Counted from the first letter of the stretch, positions 27,059 through 40,524 are shown. The stretch: 64,000 nucleotides of DNA from Eledone cirrhosa (GCA_964016885.1 OZ024741.1:214272001-214336000), one strand, 5' to 3'. Translations and numbers: made by a program. Notes: generated from the sequence alone by a model not told the origin.

Positions 27059-27744
27059 GTAAAGCTAACCTCGGTGGGATTTGAACAAATAATATAAACG
27101 GACGTATCTCTGTGCCACAAAGCATGTTATTCGACAATCTGCTGATTCTGCCAATCTACTGCCTCTATAATAATGGATCTCCGTTGATTTCGAATATCTA
27201 TCAACAAAACAGCTCATTGTTGAAGTTAAATTATCAATAACAACACGCCACGTACTCGGCATGTAAGAAAATTGGCCCTTTAAAATACATGTTCAGTTCA
27301 TCCGACGGGCTTCCAAGCAATTTCCATCTACCAAGTTTTCATCACAAGGCATGTATCGACTCCAGATTATGGTAGCTGTCACTTGTCCAAGACACCAAAC
27401 AATGAGCTGAAACTGGATCGGAAGCAAACTCCTTCATTTCTGTCCACCGGGGCATGTGGGTCCCCATTTGCTCATTGATAGTGAGAGAAGGGAAGAGCGG
27501 GAGAGACGAAGGTTATACAGTGGAAGTTTGGTTCCTTTGTGTTCGGACCTGGTGTATATTATGTTTCACAGGCACACACTCACACTGAGGCATTTTGGTT
27601 TTTGACTATATCTTTTTTCTTTTAAAACTTTCTGCTTGTTTTAACTAATGAAATTCTCAAAATTCGCACAACTAGCACGCAACAAAATGGAAAACAAAAG
27701 TAATATGTACAGCCCACAATTATACAAAGTTAGCTGGTCGCATA

Positions 27745-28230
27745 TAGGATTGTATCTCATAGGGGGTTTCTCCTGAGTTTTACTTATATATACCCGAATC
27801 CTATCATGTTTATGCTACAGTTCACACCTATGTATGTTGTTTACCAGACCTCGTACTAGGTTGTATCTCATAGGAGGCTTCACAGGTGTTTTAATTATAG
27901 GTGCCTCAGTCATATCATGTCGGTGTTACAGTTCACACCTATACAGGTTTAACTGACCTCGTATTAGATTGCATCTCATAGGAGCTTTTGCGTGTGTTTT
28001 AATGATAGGTGCTCCAGTCATATCATGTTGATATTACAGCTCACACGTGTGTAGGTTAGTTGACCTCGTTTGAGGTTACATATCATATGAGGTTTAGCAG
28101 ATGATTTTGTTATAGATGCTTAAGCCAAATCATCTTGATGTTACAGCTCACACCTATGTAGTTTATTGTAGTATGAGGTTGCATCTCATGGGAGTTTTCT
28201 GGGGTGTTTTACCGATAAGGGCTCTAGTCC
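27745..28230. repeat. Degenerate ~108-bp tandem repeat (~4.5 units)
   Basis: Recurrent TTG(T/C)ATCTCAT..TATCATGT..TACAG(T/C)TCACAC at about 27750, 27861, 27969, 28076 and 28179. Confidence 0.8.
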
Positions 28231-28325
28231 TACTAGGTAAAGCAATGTGAAATGAAGCGTCTTACTTTAGAACATAAAGCGCTTCCCGGTCCAGGAATTA
28301 AACCTAGGACCTTATGATTGTGAGC

Positions 28326-28470
28326 CAGTACCAGTTTTACCATTGTCCTTAGGTGTGCTTAAGCACAGGGCCAAGTTGGCCAGGGGGACTCATCTTCCTG
28401 CAAAAAAAGATTTTACGATGAATATTTCAAATGTTTTCACTGGGACGCGTTTTTCCTAAGCCCGGCATTG
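28326..28470. mobile_element. Second, inverted copy of the hAT-type MITE
   Basis: TTTACCATTGT..TAGGTGTGCTTAAGCACAGGG is the reverse complement of about 20226-20260; TIR and TSD are degenerate. Confidence 0.6.
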
Positions 28471-28703
28471 TTACGAGTCATATAATAATTTATTAAGGCT
28501 AAATAGTAAGTCGTGTTATTCTACAGATTCGCCTGTTTATCAACCTTAATAAATGCAAATTAAAACTCTACTTCGGTATTGAGTACTGCTTTCTCTCAGC
28601 CGTTAGCCACATACGGGTATATTACTCTTTTACGCTTTTACACGTTCCAGCCATCCGGTTGAGGCCGTGCTGGGACACCGCCCTTATATATATATATATA
28701 CAT

Positions 28704-28926
<223 letters not shown>

Positions 28927-29097
28927 GAAGACAGACAGATTCTGTGAAACTGTCAGGGACCAGGTGCACAAACTACTGCGGAAATTTTGACACCAAGAAA
29001 TAAAAGTGAAATTAACAGTTCACGAGAGAGAGAGAGAGAGAGTGCGTGTGTATGTCTGTGTGTGTGTGTATTGATATGTCTAAAAAATATATATATA

Positions 29098-29179
29098 CAG
29101 GATGTCCTCCTCCAAAAATGTATACACACTTGAACAGCATTCTAATAAATATATGTATACATTTTTTGGGGACACTTTG
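29098..29179. mobile_element. Tc1/mariner-type 82-bp MITE
   Basis: TA|CAGGATGTCC..CCAAAAATGTATACA ... TGTATACATTTTTTGGGGACACTTTG|TA. The CAGGGTGTCC-like TIR and TA TSD fit Tc1/mariner. Confidence 0.7.
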
Positions 29180-29250
29180 TATATAAAGATAGGTAAAATC
29201 CCCATTGAGTACTCCTATAATTAATGATCTCCCCGGTCTCAGCACCGCAG

Positions 29251-29297
<47 letters not shown>

Positions 29298-29322
29298 ACA
29301 TATATATATATATATGTATATG

Positions 29323-29404
<82 letters not shown>

Positions 29405-29412
29405 TTGAAATA

Positions 29413-29516
29413 AAATGAAAACGAAATTTCATTTCTCACTCTTAGTACGGCACTTACTTAAATGTAAGTATGTGTGTATACGTACATACATATATGTATA
29501 CAGACGTACAGTAGTA

Positions 29517-29584
<68 letters not shown>

Positions 29585-29830
29585 CAGGTACACATACATA
29601 TATGCACGTGTCAGTTTAGCGGACGCTTATTATAACGCCGCTTTGTTCGTTTGTAAACAAACTGAACAGCCTGAATTTTTATGCCGTACGGTGTTAAGGC
29701 AACCACGTCACCTTTTTGTTCAACACTGACACAGGAACGATGTACTAGTTTCAAGCTTGTTAGCTATCATCAGCACCGTATACCCATCTGCCAGATAGTT
29801 GAACGTTCGAAAGTATATACTTTCCTTATA
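29413..29830 (-). mobile_element. Family A element, single unit
   Basis: Collinear with 2125-2475; flanked by (TA)n. Confidence 0.85.
29738..29778 (-). ncRNA. Minimal type-I hammerhead ribozyme (family A)
   Basis: CGGUG-CUGAUGA-U-AGCU aaca AGCU-U-GAAAC-UA-GUA|CAUCG. Confidence 0.85.
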
Positions 29831-30115
29831 TATATATATATACTTTCCTTATATATATATATATATATATATATTAAGACAGAGGGGAAGAAAAAAATGG
29901 CTTCACTTGTGCTTTCAACAAATTTATTTTCTTCACAAAATCCAAAAAGAATTTTTTTCCGGATTAGAAAAATTGTTTTAAAACATTTTTTTTTATAAAT
30001 TGAGTCGTTGGTTGTATATATATACATACATATTTTTTGTTTATATATTACAATCACACCCATATACATATACAGGCACATACACAGACGTATAGATAGA
30101 TAGATAGATGGATAC

Positions 30116-30179
<64 letters not shown>

Positions 30180-30549
30180 GTATCATGGATGTGAACACAC
30201 CCTCAGGAGCACACACAAACTTCCTCCTATACAATAATAGTCAAGTGCCAGTGTTAAGAATGACATGACACTAATACCTCTGTCACGCGGGAGAATATAT
30301 ACACACATTCACACATTCACACACACACACGCACACACACACACGCACACACACACACAGACTCTCTCACACAAACATGCAAACGCACAAACACGCACTC
30401 AACACGCATAGACACATATACATATACACACATATACATTTACATATACACATATATGCATATACCTATGTATATATATATATATATATATCCCTTAAAG
30501 CGATGAAATGCCGAGGACGGTTGGAGGGTCACTGATGAAGGAGTCACTT

Positions 30550-30604
<55 letters not shown>

Positions 30605-30791
30605 TGTGTGTCTGTGTATATACATATATATATAGATAGATGTGTGTGTGTCTATATGTGTTTATATATATATGTATATATACATATATACTGTATATAT
30701 ATTTCCATATATATAATAATGTAAATCCAAAGAGCCGTATACTAATTACTACATTGAACTTAATTTGATAATGGCATTGTGCCGTGTCACT

Positions 30792-31680
30792 CACTACCAT
30801 CCCCTCCACCTCCACCACCTTCTCCACCTCCATCACCATCACCTCCACTACCATCACCTCCACCACCATCACCTCCTCTACCATCACCTCCACCACCATC
30901 ACCTCCACTACCATCACCTCCTCTACCATCACCTCCACCACCATCACCTCCACTACCATCACCTCCACCACCATCACCTCCACCACCATCACCTCCACTA
31001 CCATCACCTCAACCACCACAACCACCATCACCCCCCCCTCCATCACCCCCACCCCACCACCACCACCGACCCCACCATCACCACCCCCTCCACCTCAACC
31101 ACCATCACCTCCACCACCTCAACCACCACCATCAACCACCACTCACCTCCACCACCTCCACCACCTCACCCCCCCCCACACCCCCCCCCCCCCCCCCCAC
31201 CCCCCCCCCCCCCCCCCCCATCACCACCACCACCACCGTCACCTCCACCACCTCAACCACCTCCACCACCTCAACCACCTCCACCACCTCAACCACCATC
31301 ACCCCCCCCATCACCACCACCACCACCACCGTCACCTCCACCACCTCAACCACCTCAACCACCTCCACCACCATCACCTCCACCACCTCAACCACCTCCA
31401 TCACCACCACCACCACCATCACCTCCACCACCTCAACCACCATCACCACCACCACCTCAACCACCTCCACCACCATCACCTCTACCACCTCAACCAGCTC
31501 CACCACCTCAACCACCTCCACCACCATCACCTCTACCACCTCAACCACCTCCACCACCTCAACCACCTCCACCACCTCAACCACCTCCACCACCTCAACC
31601 ACCTCCACCACCTCAACCACCTCCACCACCATCACCTCTACCACCTCAACCACCTCCACCACCATCACCTCCACCAACAT
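30792..31680. repeat. C-rich (CCA/TCA)n low-complexity minisatellite
   Basis: CACCACCATCACCTC and CCACCTCAACCACCT units; all three + frames are open only because of composition. Confidence 0.95.
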
Positions 31681-32099
31681 CCCTATCATCCGTCCGATGT
31701 CAACCTCCTGTTAGGGTCTTTTACTGTTTCCTTGTTATAAGGTCAAACCACTAGACTCACTAGAGCCTTATGTGGCTCCCCCCTCACCACCATCCCTTGT
31801 ACCTCTCACAAGCACTACCACCGTCACCACCAGCTCCCCCTCCCTCTCTCTGTCTCTCCACTCCTACTATCACCACCACTACCACCATGTCTCTTACTCC
31901 CCTGCCATCACTATCACTAGAGCCTCTACCACAACCACCGCATCCCTAAAGTCTCTAATTCCATCCTCACTTCCACCATCACCTGATCCCTCTCCCATCA
32001 ACCGCACCACCGCCACTAAAGCTTCGCCCCACCATCGTCACCATCACTGCAACTACACCACTCACCGCCACCAGCACCACTACTAGAGGCCTACTCTCT

Positions 32100-32400
32100 C
32101 TCTATCTCTCTCTCTCCCTACGCCCCTACTACCACCCCTCACCTCCACCGTGCCCCTCTGTCCACCTCCGTCACCATCACTGCAACCTCACCGTCCACCA
32201 CCACCTCTAGACTCCCACTCTCTCTCCCTGCGCCCCTACTACCACCCCTCACCTCCACCGTGCCCCTCTGTCCACCACCGTCACCATCACTGCAACCTCA
32301 CCGTCCACCACCACCACCACCACCTCTAGACTCCCACTCTCTCTCCCTGCGACCCTACTACCACCCCTCTCCTGTCACCATGCCTCTCTGTCCACCACCA
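32100..32400. repeat. ~110-bp C-rich tandem repeat (~2.5 units)
   Basis: CCCTACTACCACCCCTC..CTCTGTCCACC recurs at about 32124, 32234 and 32354. Confidence 0.85.
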
Positions 32401-32854
32401 TCGTGAGACACTCTCCCACCATCACAAGCCCTAGCTTCTCACCTCCACCGTCACCACCACTACACCCCCCTCTCCTGCCACTGTGACCCTTTTAACGCTA
32501 TCTGCCTTTTAGTTTACTGTTCCATGTTAAAGGTCAAATGGACCTTAGGAGTTTATTTACTCCATCTGTTGGTAGAGGAAGGAGATAATCCCTCACCCTC
32601 ATCACCACCCCCACCCAAACCCCGCCCTACCCTCACCACCACTTCACCCTCACCACCACTCCACGCTCACCACCACTCCACACCCTCATCCTAACCCTAA
32701 TATCCTAAGCCCTTACCACTCCAACACGTTACAACCCCCTCCTCGCAAGCCCCCAATAAATAAATAAGAAAATAAATGAAATAAATTCTACTTCTCTCTT
32801 AAAGGCCTCTATAAAAACTTCAAAGCGGCGGTTCCCCTTTTGTGTTTGTGCGCG

Positions 32855-33207
32855 CGTGTGTGTGAATATGAGTGTGTATATGTATATGTGTGTGTGCGTA
32901 TGTGTGAGTGTGTGTGCGTATGGATCCTTAAAACCCCACGCGTGTGTGTGAGAATATGAGTGTGTATATGTATATGTGTGTGTGCGTATGTGTGAGTGAG
33001 TGTGTGTGCGTATGGATCCTTAAAACCCCACGCGTGTGTGTGAGAATATGAGTGTGTATATGTATATGTGTGTGTGCGTATGTGTGAGTGAGTGTGTGTG
33101 CGTATGGATCCTTAAAACCCCACGCGTGTGTGTGAGAATATGAGTGTGTATGTGTGTGTATATGTGTGTGTGTATGAGTGTGTATGCGTATGGATCCTTA
33201 AAACCCC
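32855..33207. repeat. 92-bp tandem repeat, 4 units, each ending GTATGGATCCTTAAAACCCC
   Basis: Directly visible; each unit carries a BamHI site. Confidence 0.9.
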
Positions 33208-33559
33208 AATGTTCTTTCAATGAAACCTATTTATTTTTGTTTGTTTGTTTGTGTTGAATTTTCTTGTTTTTTTTTTCACCAGACTGCGCCCATACTAGGG
33301 CAGTGCCTTGATATTGTTGATCATATAAACATTAGCATTAATTCTTTTTCAAATCTATGATAGTATTTCATTTCTCGAGCTCTTTTTCTTTTGTCGAACC
33401 ATTAAGTTACGAAACACCCTCCCCGCCCCATATATATATATATATTTGTATATATATACTTTGTTACAAGGGACATGTACATCTACTTAAGTTTCGTAGG
33501 GTTTGTATACCCCAACTCATTCAGCCTGTAATAAAAAGAAAAATAGCTTCCTATATATA

Positions 33560-34130
33560 TAGTGAAAGAATGAAGAGTAACATAGTTGGCTGTACAACAA
33601 GGGGCTTTATTTCAGGTATTCACGATTATTTCATTGATCAGGTGAGTCTAGATGTCGCTGATCGCTCGAAGTTGTATCACTCGATCTCCATTACATTATT
33701 TACATCTGACCAAGGGCGGTGAATTGGCAGTATCGGACGCCATGCTTTGACGCATAGAATTACGGCCCTTGCCATTCTGAGTTCAAATTCCGGCGAGGTT
33801 AACTTTGCCTTTCATCCTTACGGGGTCGATAAAATAAGGTACCAGTAATGTACAGGGTTATGGCTAGCCTTGTGCCAAAAAGTAGAAACAATTATTTACC
33901 TCTGACCAACTCCTCAGAATACCCTTGTTGTACAGCCAACCATGTTACTCTTCATTCTTTAACTATTATTACTCCAAGTATAACATACATAGGAATTACC
34001 GCGATATCGCTGCCTAACTATGGAAACATCTTGTTGAGTTAAACAAAGCCGTACTTTAAAACTATCCACGACACAGAGTACTCACAACCTCTAACTGGAT
34101 TACCTATAACGATAACTTGTTACCCCATAT
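33560..34130. mobile_element. Family F element (fold-back, interrupted by a family-1 SINE at 33714-33895)
   Basis: AAGAATGAAGAGTAACATAGTTGGCTGTACAACAAGGG is inverted at ~33923-33960. Relatives at 46872-47000, 52629-52775 and 60499-60641, all abutting (TA)n. Confidence 0.65.
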
Positions 34131-34134
34131 TCCC

Positions 34135-34238
<104 letters not shown>

Positions 34239-35592
34239 GGAAATTAGTAAAATCGAATCTCTGGCGGTTTGCAAGTAAATTCGGCCTACTTATATGAAAT
34301 GATGAGTTAGCCAAGCACTCGATAAGTTAGGGCCTTAGAGTAATAACATACGTTTAAATAGCTTGACAAATCTAACATTGTGGTAGGCGAATCTAACACA
34401 CAATATATACCAAAGTAACGATAAAACTAACAGGTTGAGAAAAATACACCTGGACAAATCAAACGATGAACCGTTTAGAGTGTTTCTTTGAATCCGAAAT
34501 CAAATATCAGACTTACGTGACTGGCAAGCTCGTGGTATTCATGATCGAACGGAGGATTCAGTTTTTCAAACAGGTTTTTCGTTCTACCTATGTATATATA
34601 TGGAATGTAGAAAAGTAACACACGCACATATATATATATATATATGTTGTTTTACTTTAAGTTTTCAGATAAGAAATCATGCAAAACAAATTAAAAAACG
34701 AAGTATATATATCCACACAAAGAGAGAGAGAGAGAGGGGGGGGGGAGCGAGAGTGAGAGAGAGAGAGAGAGCGAATTAGAAAAGTACATAGTAAAGAAAA
34801 GGACCCAATAATACACCTCCATGTATGTATAACTTCCACCCGGGGTGTTTGAACTGTATAGCACCCTTGCTGCCTAGTCAGTTCCTGTAGGTGTTCTGTA
34901 TAGGACTAAATGATAATTACGACTGACATATTATATATAATATAGTATATAGATAATATATATTAGCTAATGTATCCAGTACAATATAATATAATAAAAT
35001 ATATATGTATATGTTAATAGCGAGGAAGTCACGGTTGTATTGAATTTAAATGAAGCGAGCTGAATGAATAAGAAATTCTGAAGAAATATATTTCCTATGA
35101 GGGACTCTTCCTAACTCACACAGGCACACAACCACACACGTACACAGAAGGTGTGTGTGTTATTGTCCATATATATATATATGTGCGTGGGGTGCGGGGG
35201 GGGGGGGGTGTAGTACAAGTAAATAAAGTGTACAAACAATGTAAAATGCACTAAAAATCTTTAGCAGTCAATGACTCGGTTCCCGCCCGCGTGTAATCAC
35301 TGTGGTATATATATATATATATATATATAAACGGAAAAAATGAAACGAAATTTCATTTCTCACTCTTAGTACGGCTGTTACTGATATATAAGTATGTATA
35401 CGTACATACATATATGTATACAAACGTACAGTAGTATGTATATATATATACATGCACACATATATATATGTACGTATGGACTAACCGAACATTTATTATA
35501 ATGCTCCGTGTGTTTGTAAACAAACAGCCGTTAATATGCATAGGGAAAGTATATACTTTCAGACGTTCAATCATCTGGCAGTATCTGGTATA

Positions 35593-35633
35593 CGGTGCTG
35601 ACGAAAGCTAGTAAGCTTGCAACTAGTACATCG
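35593..35633 (+). ncRNA. Family A hammerhead, core-mutated (GAAA>GCAA)
   Basis: CGGUG-CUGACGA-AAGCU agua AGCUU-GCAAC-UA-GUA|CAUCG. Confidence 0.75.
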
Positions 35634-36024
35634 TTCCTTTGTCAGTGTTGAATAAAATGGCGACGATGGTTGCTAAACACTGTACGGCTTAATTCGGGCT
35701 GTTTGTTTACAAACAAACCCAGCATTATAATAAATGTTCGGTAAATCCATACGTACATATATATATGTGTGCATGTATGTATATATATATACATGCTACT
35801 GTACGTATGTATACATATATGTATGTACGTATACATACTTATATTTCAGTAACAGCCGTACTAAGAGTGAGAAATGAAATTTCGTTGCAATTTTTATACA
35901 TTTATCGTTTTCGGTGCGCCCGACCGATTAACTCACTCGATATGCAAATTAGGCTGCTCAGCCGTTAATATGCATAAGGAGAGTATATACTTTCAGACGT
36001 TCAATAATCTGGCAGGAAGGTATA

Positions 36025-36065
36025 CGGTGCTGACGATAGCTAATAAGCTTGAAATTAGTACATCG
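36025..36065 (+). ncRNA. Family A hammerhead (intact core)
   Basis: CGGUG-CUGACGA-U-AGCU aaua AGCU-U-GAAAU-UA-GUA|CAUCG. Confidence 0.8.
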
Positions 36066-36265
36066 TTCCTTTGTCAGTGTTGAACAAAAGGGCAACGATG
36101 GTTGCTAAACACTGTACGGCTTAATTTGGGCTGTTTGTTTACAAACAAACCGAGCATTATAATAAATGTTCTGTAAATCCATACGTACATATATATGTGT
36201 GCATGTATGTATATATATACATACTACTGTACGTATGTATACATATATGTATGTACGTATACATA

Positions 36266-36305
<40 letters not shown>

Positions 36306-36456
36306 AAAGATAACAAGGACGATTCCTTCATTTATTGGTTGGTGACGCGCGTTTCGCCACTGATCAGCTCAAGGTTCGATCTGTATCGACCTTACCCAAC
36401 ACTGTAATCTACCGCTCGTCGGACCTTTTGTAAAGCTAGTAGAAAAAAAAATATAT

Positions 36457-36579
36457 ATAGGATAAGAGTCAGGGCCCCGACGGCAGAGCTCAAGCCGTTT
36501 CGACGGCTTTTTCTGGACTCCAGAAATAGCCGTCGAAACGGCTTGAGCTCTACCGTCGGGGTCCTGACTCTTTTCCTAT
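36457..36579. repeat. Family C near-perfect palindrome (~60-bp arms)
   Basis: ATAGGATAAGAGTCAGGGCCCCGACGGCAGAGCTCAAGCCGTTTCGACGGCT..TCTGGA-C-TCCAGA..AGCCGTCGAAACGGCTTGAGCTCTACCGTCGGGGTCCTGACTCTTTTCCTAT. Confidence 0.9.
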
Positions 36580-36654
36580 TACTTCATTCTACTACACTAA
36601 GTATCGAGCACTCTGGGGCGTTATGGTCCACGTGGTTCCTTACCACACTTCCTT

Positions 36655-36856
36655 CGACTTTCGTCAAATTGGACCGAGGAAACAATGTTTCCGTTGGTCT
36701 TTCCAATTGGTAGTATTATCAATCGGTCACAACTCAAGGCAGAAGGAACAACGTGAAATAAAGTGTCTTGTTCAAGGACATAACTCATCGCACGGTCCAG
36801 GAATCGAACTGACAACCTCACGATTGCGAATCCAGTTCTCTAACCAATCAGCCACG
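36655..36856 (-). mobile_element. CORE-type tRNA SINE; sister copies at 39048-39256 (+) and 55347-55440 (-, partial)
   Basis: tRNA head TGGCTGA.TGGTTAGA..GTTCGATTCC, CORE-like GTCCTTGA.CAAGACACTTTATTTCACG, and tail CAATTGGAAAGACCAACGGAAACA. Confidence 0.85.
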
Positions 36857-36998
36857 GACACACACACGGATTTATATACATATATATGTGTGTGAGTGTG
36901 TGTGTGTGTGTGTAAAAGGATAACAGAAATAACATAGCAAACAACACAGTACATGGAAGAAATATATTTGTTTAACGCTTGAAATTGTAGGAGGAGAG

Positions 36999-37034
36999 TC
37001 TTAACGTCTCGGACTCTAGTCCTTCATCAGAAGA
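36999..37034 (-). ncRNA. Family D hammerhead, core-mutated (GAAA>GAGA)
   Basis: UCUU-CUGAUGA-A-GGAC uaga GUCC-GAGAC-GUU|AAGA. Confidence 0.7.
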
Positions 37035-37436
37035 TAGAATAAAAAGTAGAAGATAGATAGGGCAAAAAGGAGTGAGAAGGGGTAGTAAGGGGGAAATAAG
37101 GAATAAAGGGTGAGAAAAAAAACACACATGTGTATTCAGGCAGCCATGTTTGTGTGTCTGTGTGTGTATTTTTATATTCTTTATTATGGCTAAGAAGGTT
37201 TCAGTTGTGGACGCAACGAATCATCATCATCACACACACACATAGACATAGACATACACATACACAAACGCACACACACATTAACGCACGCATACATACA
37301 CATAGACCCGCACACAAACTCACACATACACACATACACAAACACACACATACACATACACACATACACGTACACACACACAAACACACACACACACATA
37401 CACATATACAAACGCACATACACACAAACACACACA

Positions 37437-37473
<37 letters not shown>

Positions 37474-37606
37474 GTATACATATATATATATAAAACTTAA
37501 AACCAAAACTGAATACTAACCAATACAATTACTAATTCTCACTTATTCCTAATTAAACTATTTTTCACTGTGAACAATTTGTCAGCATTTACTATTCCGT
37601 TTACCA

Positions 37607-37658
<52 letters not shown>

Positions 37659-37694
37659 TATATATATATTTATATATATACAGTATATATACAG

Positions 37695-37725
<31 letters not shown>

Positions 37726-38321
37726 TATATACGCATATATATATACACATGTATATATACACACATATATATATATACACACACATATACGCATACATAT
37801 ACGCACATACACATACACATACACTCAAACATACACACACTCACACACATACACACATATACACACACACACATACACACACACACGTTCGCGTGAGAAA
37901 AAAAATGTTATGTCCATCATTTATCGATATTTTTATTTTTAACTTTTAATTCACATGACCCCCCCCCCCCAGCCCGCCGCCCAACAACAACAAGAATAAT
38001 GGCTACGAACGAATCACAACTATAACATTGTTTATCAACAACACTAACAACATTCACTACAACAACAACTACAACATCAACCTAAAAAAACAACGGTTAC
38101 CTATTTTTTAACTTTTAACATACATGAAAACACTCTCTAGATTATATAGTAATAATCAGTACAAGAACAGCAGTATATGTGTATATATATATGTATATAT
38201 ATATATATATATACATATATTATACACATACATACACACACATATATATATATATACGTAAATATATATATATATATATATATATACATAAATGTATATA
38301 TATATATATACATATATATAC

Positions 38322-38355
<34 letters not shown>

Positions 38356-38492
38356 TTGTGTGTACATAAATATGTATATATAATTATATGTGTATAAATA
38401 TCTTGATATATATACATAATTATATGTATATAAATATATAACATTATATTTACGCATACATACATACATACATACATACATACATACATACA

Positions 38493-38524
<32 letters not shown>

Positions 38525-38969
38525 CATACATATATATATATATATGTTTGTGTGTCTGTATGGTGCATATAGACACATATGTTTCTTTGTAAAAATGAAA
38601 GACAAAAAGCATATTTTGATACATGGACAGTAAAAAAACAAAAATCACCCAATGTCAAATTTAAAACAAAACAAATGCTTTGTTTTAGAGCAAGAATGCG
38701 CCATTGTTTCTGTCCTTATGGGGTCCTTTGTGACTCCCTTAGTGTGTGTGTGTGTGAGTGTTTAGGAGTGGCGCCTTTCAAGGTGAGTTCATAGGAGACT
38801 GTTGTGTACAAAGTATTTGTGTAGGCGTTTGTCTTTTTAATGTTGTCATCACACTGACAGTGTTCCTGCTTTCGTCATTTTCCTGAGCTATGTATATAAA
38901 TACATTTACATATGTACACACATGTATATATATATATACACACACACAACGTACACACCTACACACACT

Positions 38970-39049
<80 letters not shown>

Positions 39050-39295
39050 GGCGTGTGGCTGAGTGGTTAGAAAATTGGATTCACAATCTTGAGGTTGTGC
39101 GTTCGATTCCTGAACCGGGTGATGCGTTATGTCCTTGAGCAAGACACTTTATTTCACGCTGTTCCTTCTACCGGGAGTTGCGACCGATAGATAGTACTAG
39201 CAATTGGAAAGACCAACGGAAACAATGTTTCCTCGGTCCGATTTGACGAAAGTCAATCGATCTTTATATATATATAGGTAGATAGATAGATAGGA

Positions 39296-39343
<48 letters not shown>

Positions 39344-39554
39344 TTGTATATGTGTATATATATATATATAAATATTTATATATACATACACGCGCATGCA
39401 TATATAGATACACAAACACACACACACACACACACTTATATATACTTATTATCCTGGTAGTAAATAGTTGCCTACCTTTCTACATTTTACATCTCATCCG
39501 TTTCTAATCTATGAAAGCTAAATAACACCCCCACTCTACTCTGCTTACTTTCAG

Positions 39555-39668
39555 GTGGTCCTTTTCACACTGGAAGCAGGATATACATATATCGTCAGGT
39601 ATACGACCTTATCTAATAGTGTGTATCAAAGAGAACAAGCGAAATCTTGTCTTGAAGTATTGACAAAG
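39555..39668 (+). other. Candidate internal exon (114 nt, phase 0/0)
   Basis: Pyrimidine-rich acceptor CTCTACTCTGCTTACTTTCAG, donor AAG|GTAGGT, open frame VVLFTLEAGYTYIVRYTTLSNSVYQREQAKSCLEVLTK. No homolog recognised. Confidence 0.3.
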
Positions 39669-39759
39669 GTAGGTAAAAATAATAATATCTAACAAACTTC
39701 CATTTTTATATATTGTAAGTCTTTTTAACAAGCCCAAGAGAAGCAACATGTTTATAACT

Positions 39760-40218
39760 CTTGACTGCATCACATTAAATATTAAAGTCTTTACTCTAAT
39801 ACTGCATGCATATTTTCAGAACGTTTTGCTTGTTCATCAAAAAATTTACTGTAAAGTGTAAACATTTGATTTAACAAACCATATGAAACCACATTAGCAA
39901 GACATTCTTGAAAAGTATGAAACAGCATCATGACTGCATTACATTAGATATTAAACTCTTTATTTTAAAACTGCAAATTTACACAAAGATCTGTACGCAA
40001 GAGAAAATACTGTAAATATTTGAATTAACAAACTAGATGAAACCACATTAGCAAAACATACTTTAACAGTACAAATAGCAATGTGATTGCATCACATTAA
40101 AACATATCTTTACTTTAATACAAAGTATTACAAAGGTCTCTTCTATACAAAGTTTTACAAAGGTCTCTTCTATACAACAAATATTTGAATTAACAAACCA
40201 CATTAAACCACATTACAT
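39760..40218. repeat. Degenerate ~160-bp tandem repeat (3 units)
   Basis: TGA(C/T)TGCAT(C/T)ACATTA and ATTTGA(T/A)TTAACAAAC..AAACCACATTA recur three times. Confidence 0.75.
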
Positions 40219-40221
40219 TAG

Positions 40222-40408
40222 TGATTGGCAGTATCGGTAGAGGGTCGGACGCCATGCTTTGCAGCATAGAGTTACGGCCCTTTATGGTGTGAGTTCAAAT
40301 CCCGCCGAGGTTAACATTGCCTTTCATCCTTACGGGGGTCGATAAAATAAAGTACCAGTAATACACTGGGATAATTGCTAGCCTTGTACCAAAAGTAGAA
40401 ACAATTAT
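40222..40408 (+). mobile_element. tRNA-derived SINE, family 1 (others at 41894-42095 +, 52911-53017 +, 55573-55748 -, 57465-57523 +, 59768-59885 +)
   Basis: Same head, B-box, central and tail blocks as 21862-22050. Confidence 0.9.
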
Positions 40409-40524
40409 ATTAGTGGTATTTTCTTCATAAGCACAAAACAATAGAATCATCGTCTTTACTCTCATACTTAAAACTTTCACAATCATCTGTCCGGGAGTAA
40501 ATATATTGAGAGGTGAGTAAGAAT

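Larger units (their letters stand above)
35330..36270 (+). mobile_element. Family A element: inverted segment plus tandem 432-bp units with two hammerheads
   Basis: 35330-35525 is inverted relative to 35526-36270. TACGGTGCTGACGA occurs at 35591 and 36023. Flanked by (TA)n. Confidence 0.9.

Noticed and set aside
30765-31754. Long Pro/His/Thr-rich ORFs resembling extensin, mucin or His-rich proteins
   Set aside because: All three + frames and parts of the - strand are open because of (CCA)n composition; there is no signal peptide, domain or splice evidence.
32855-33207. Regularly spaced repeats superficially like a CRISPR array (also 40525-41035 and 27745-28230)
   Set aside because: The spacers are copies of each other, the context is eukaryotic, and there are no cas genes.
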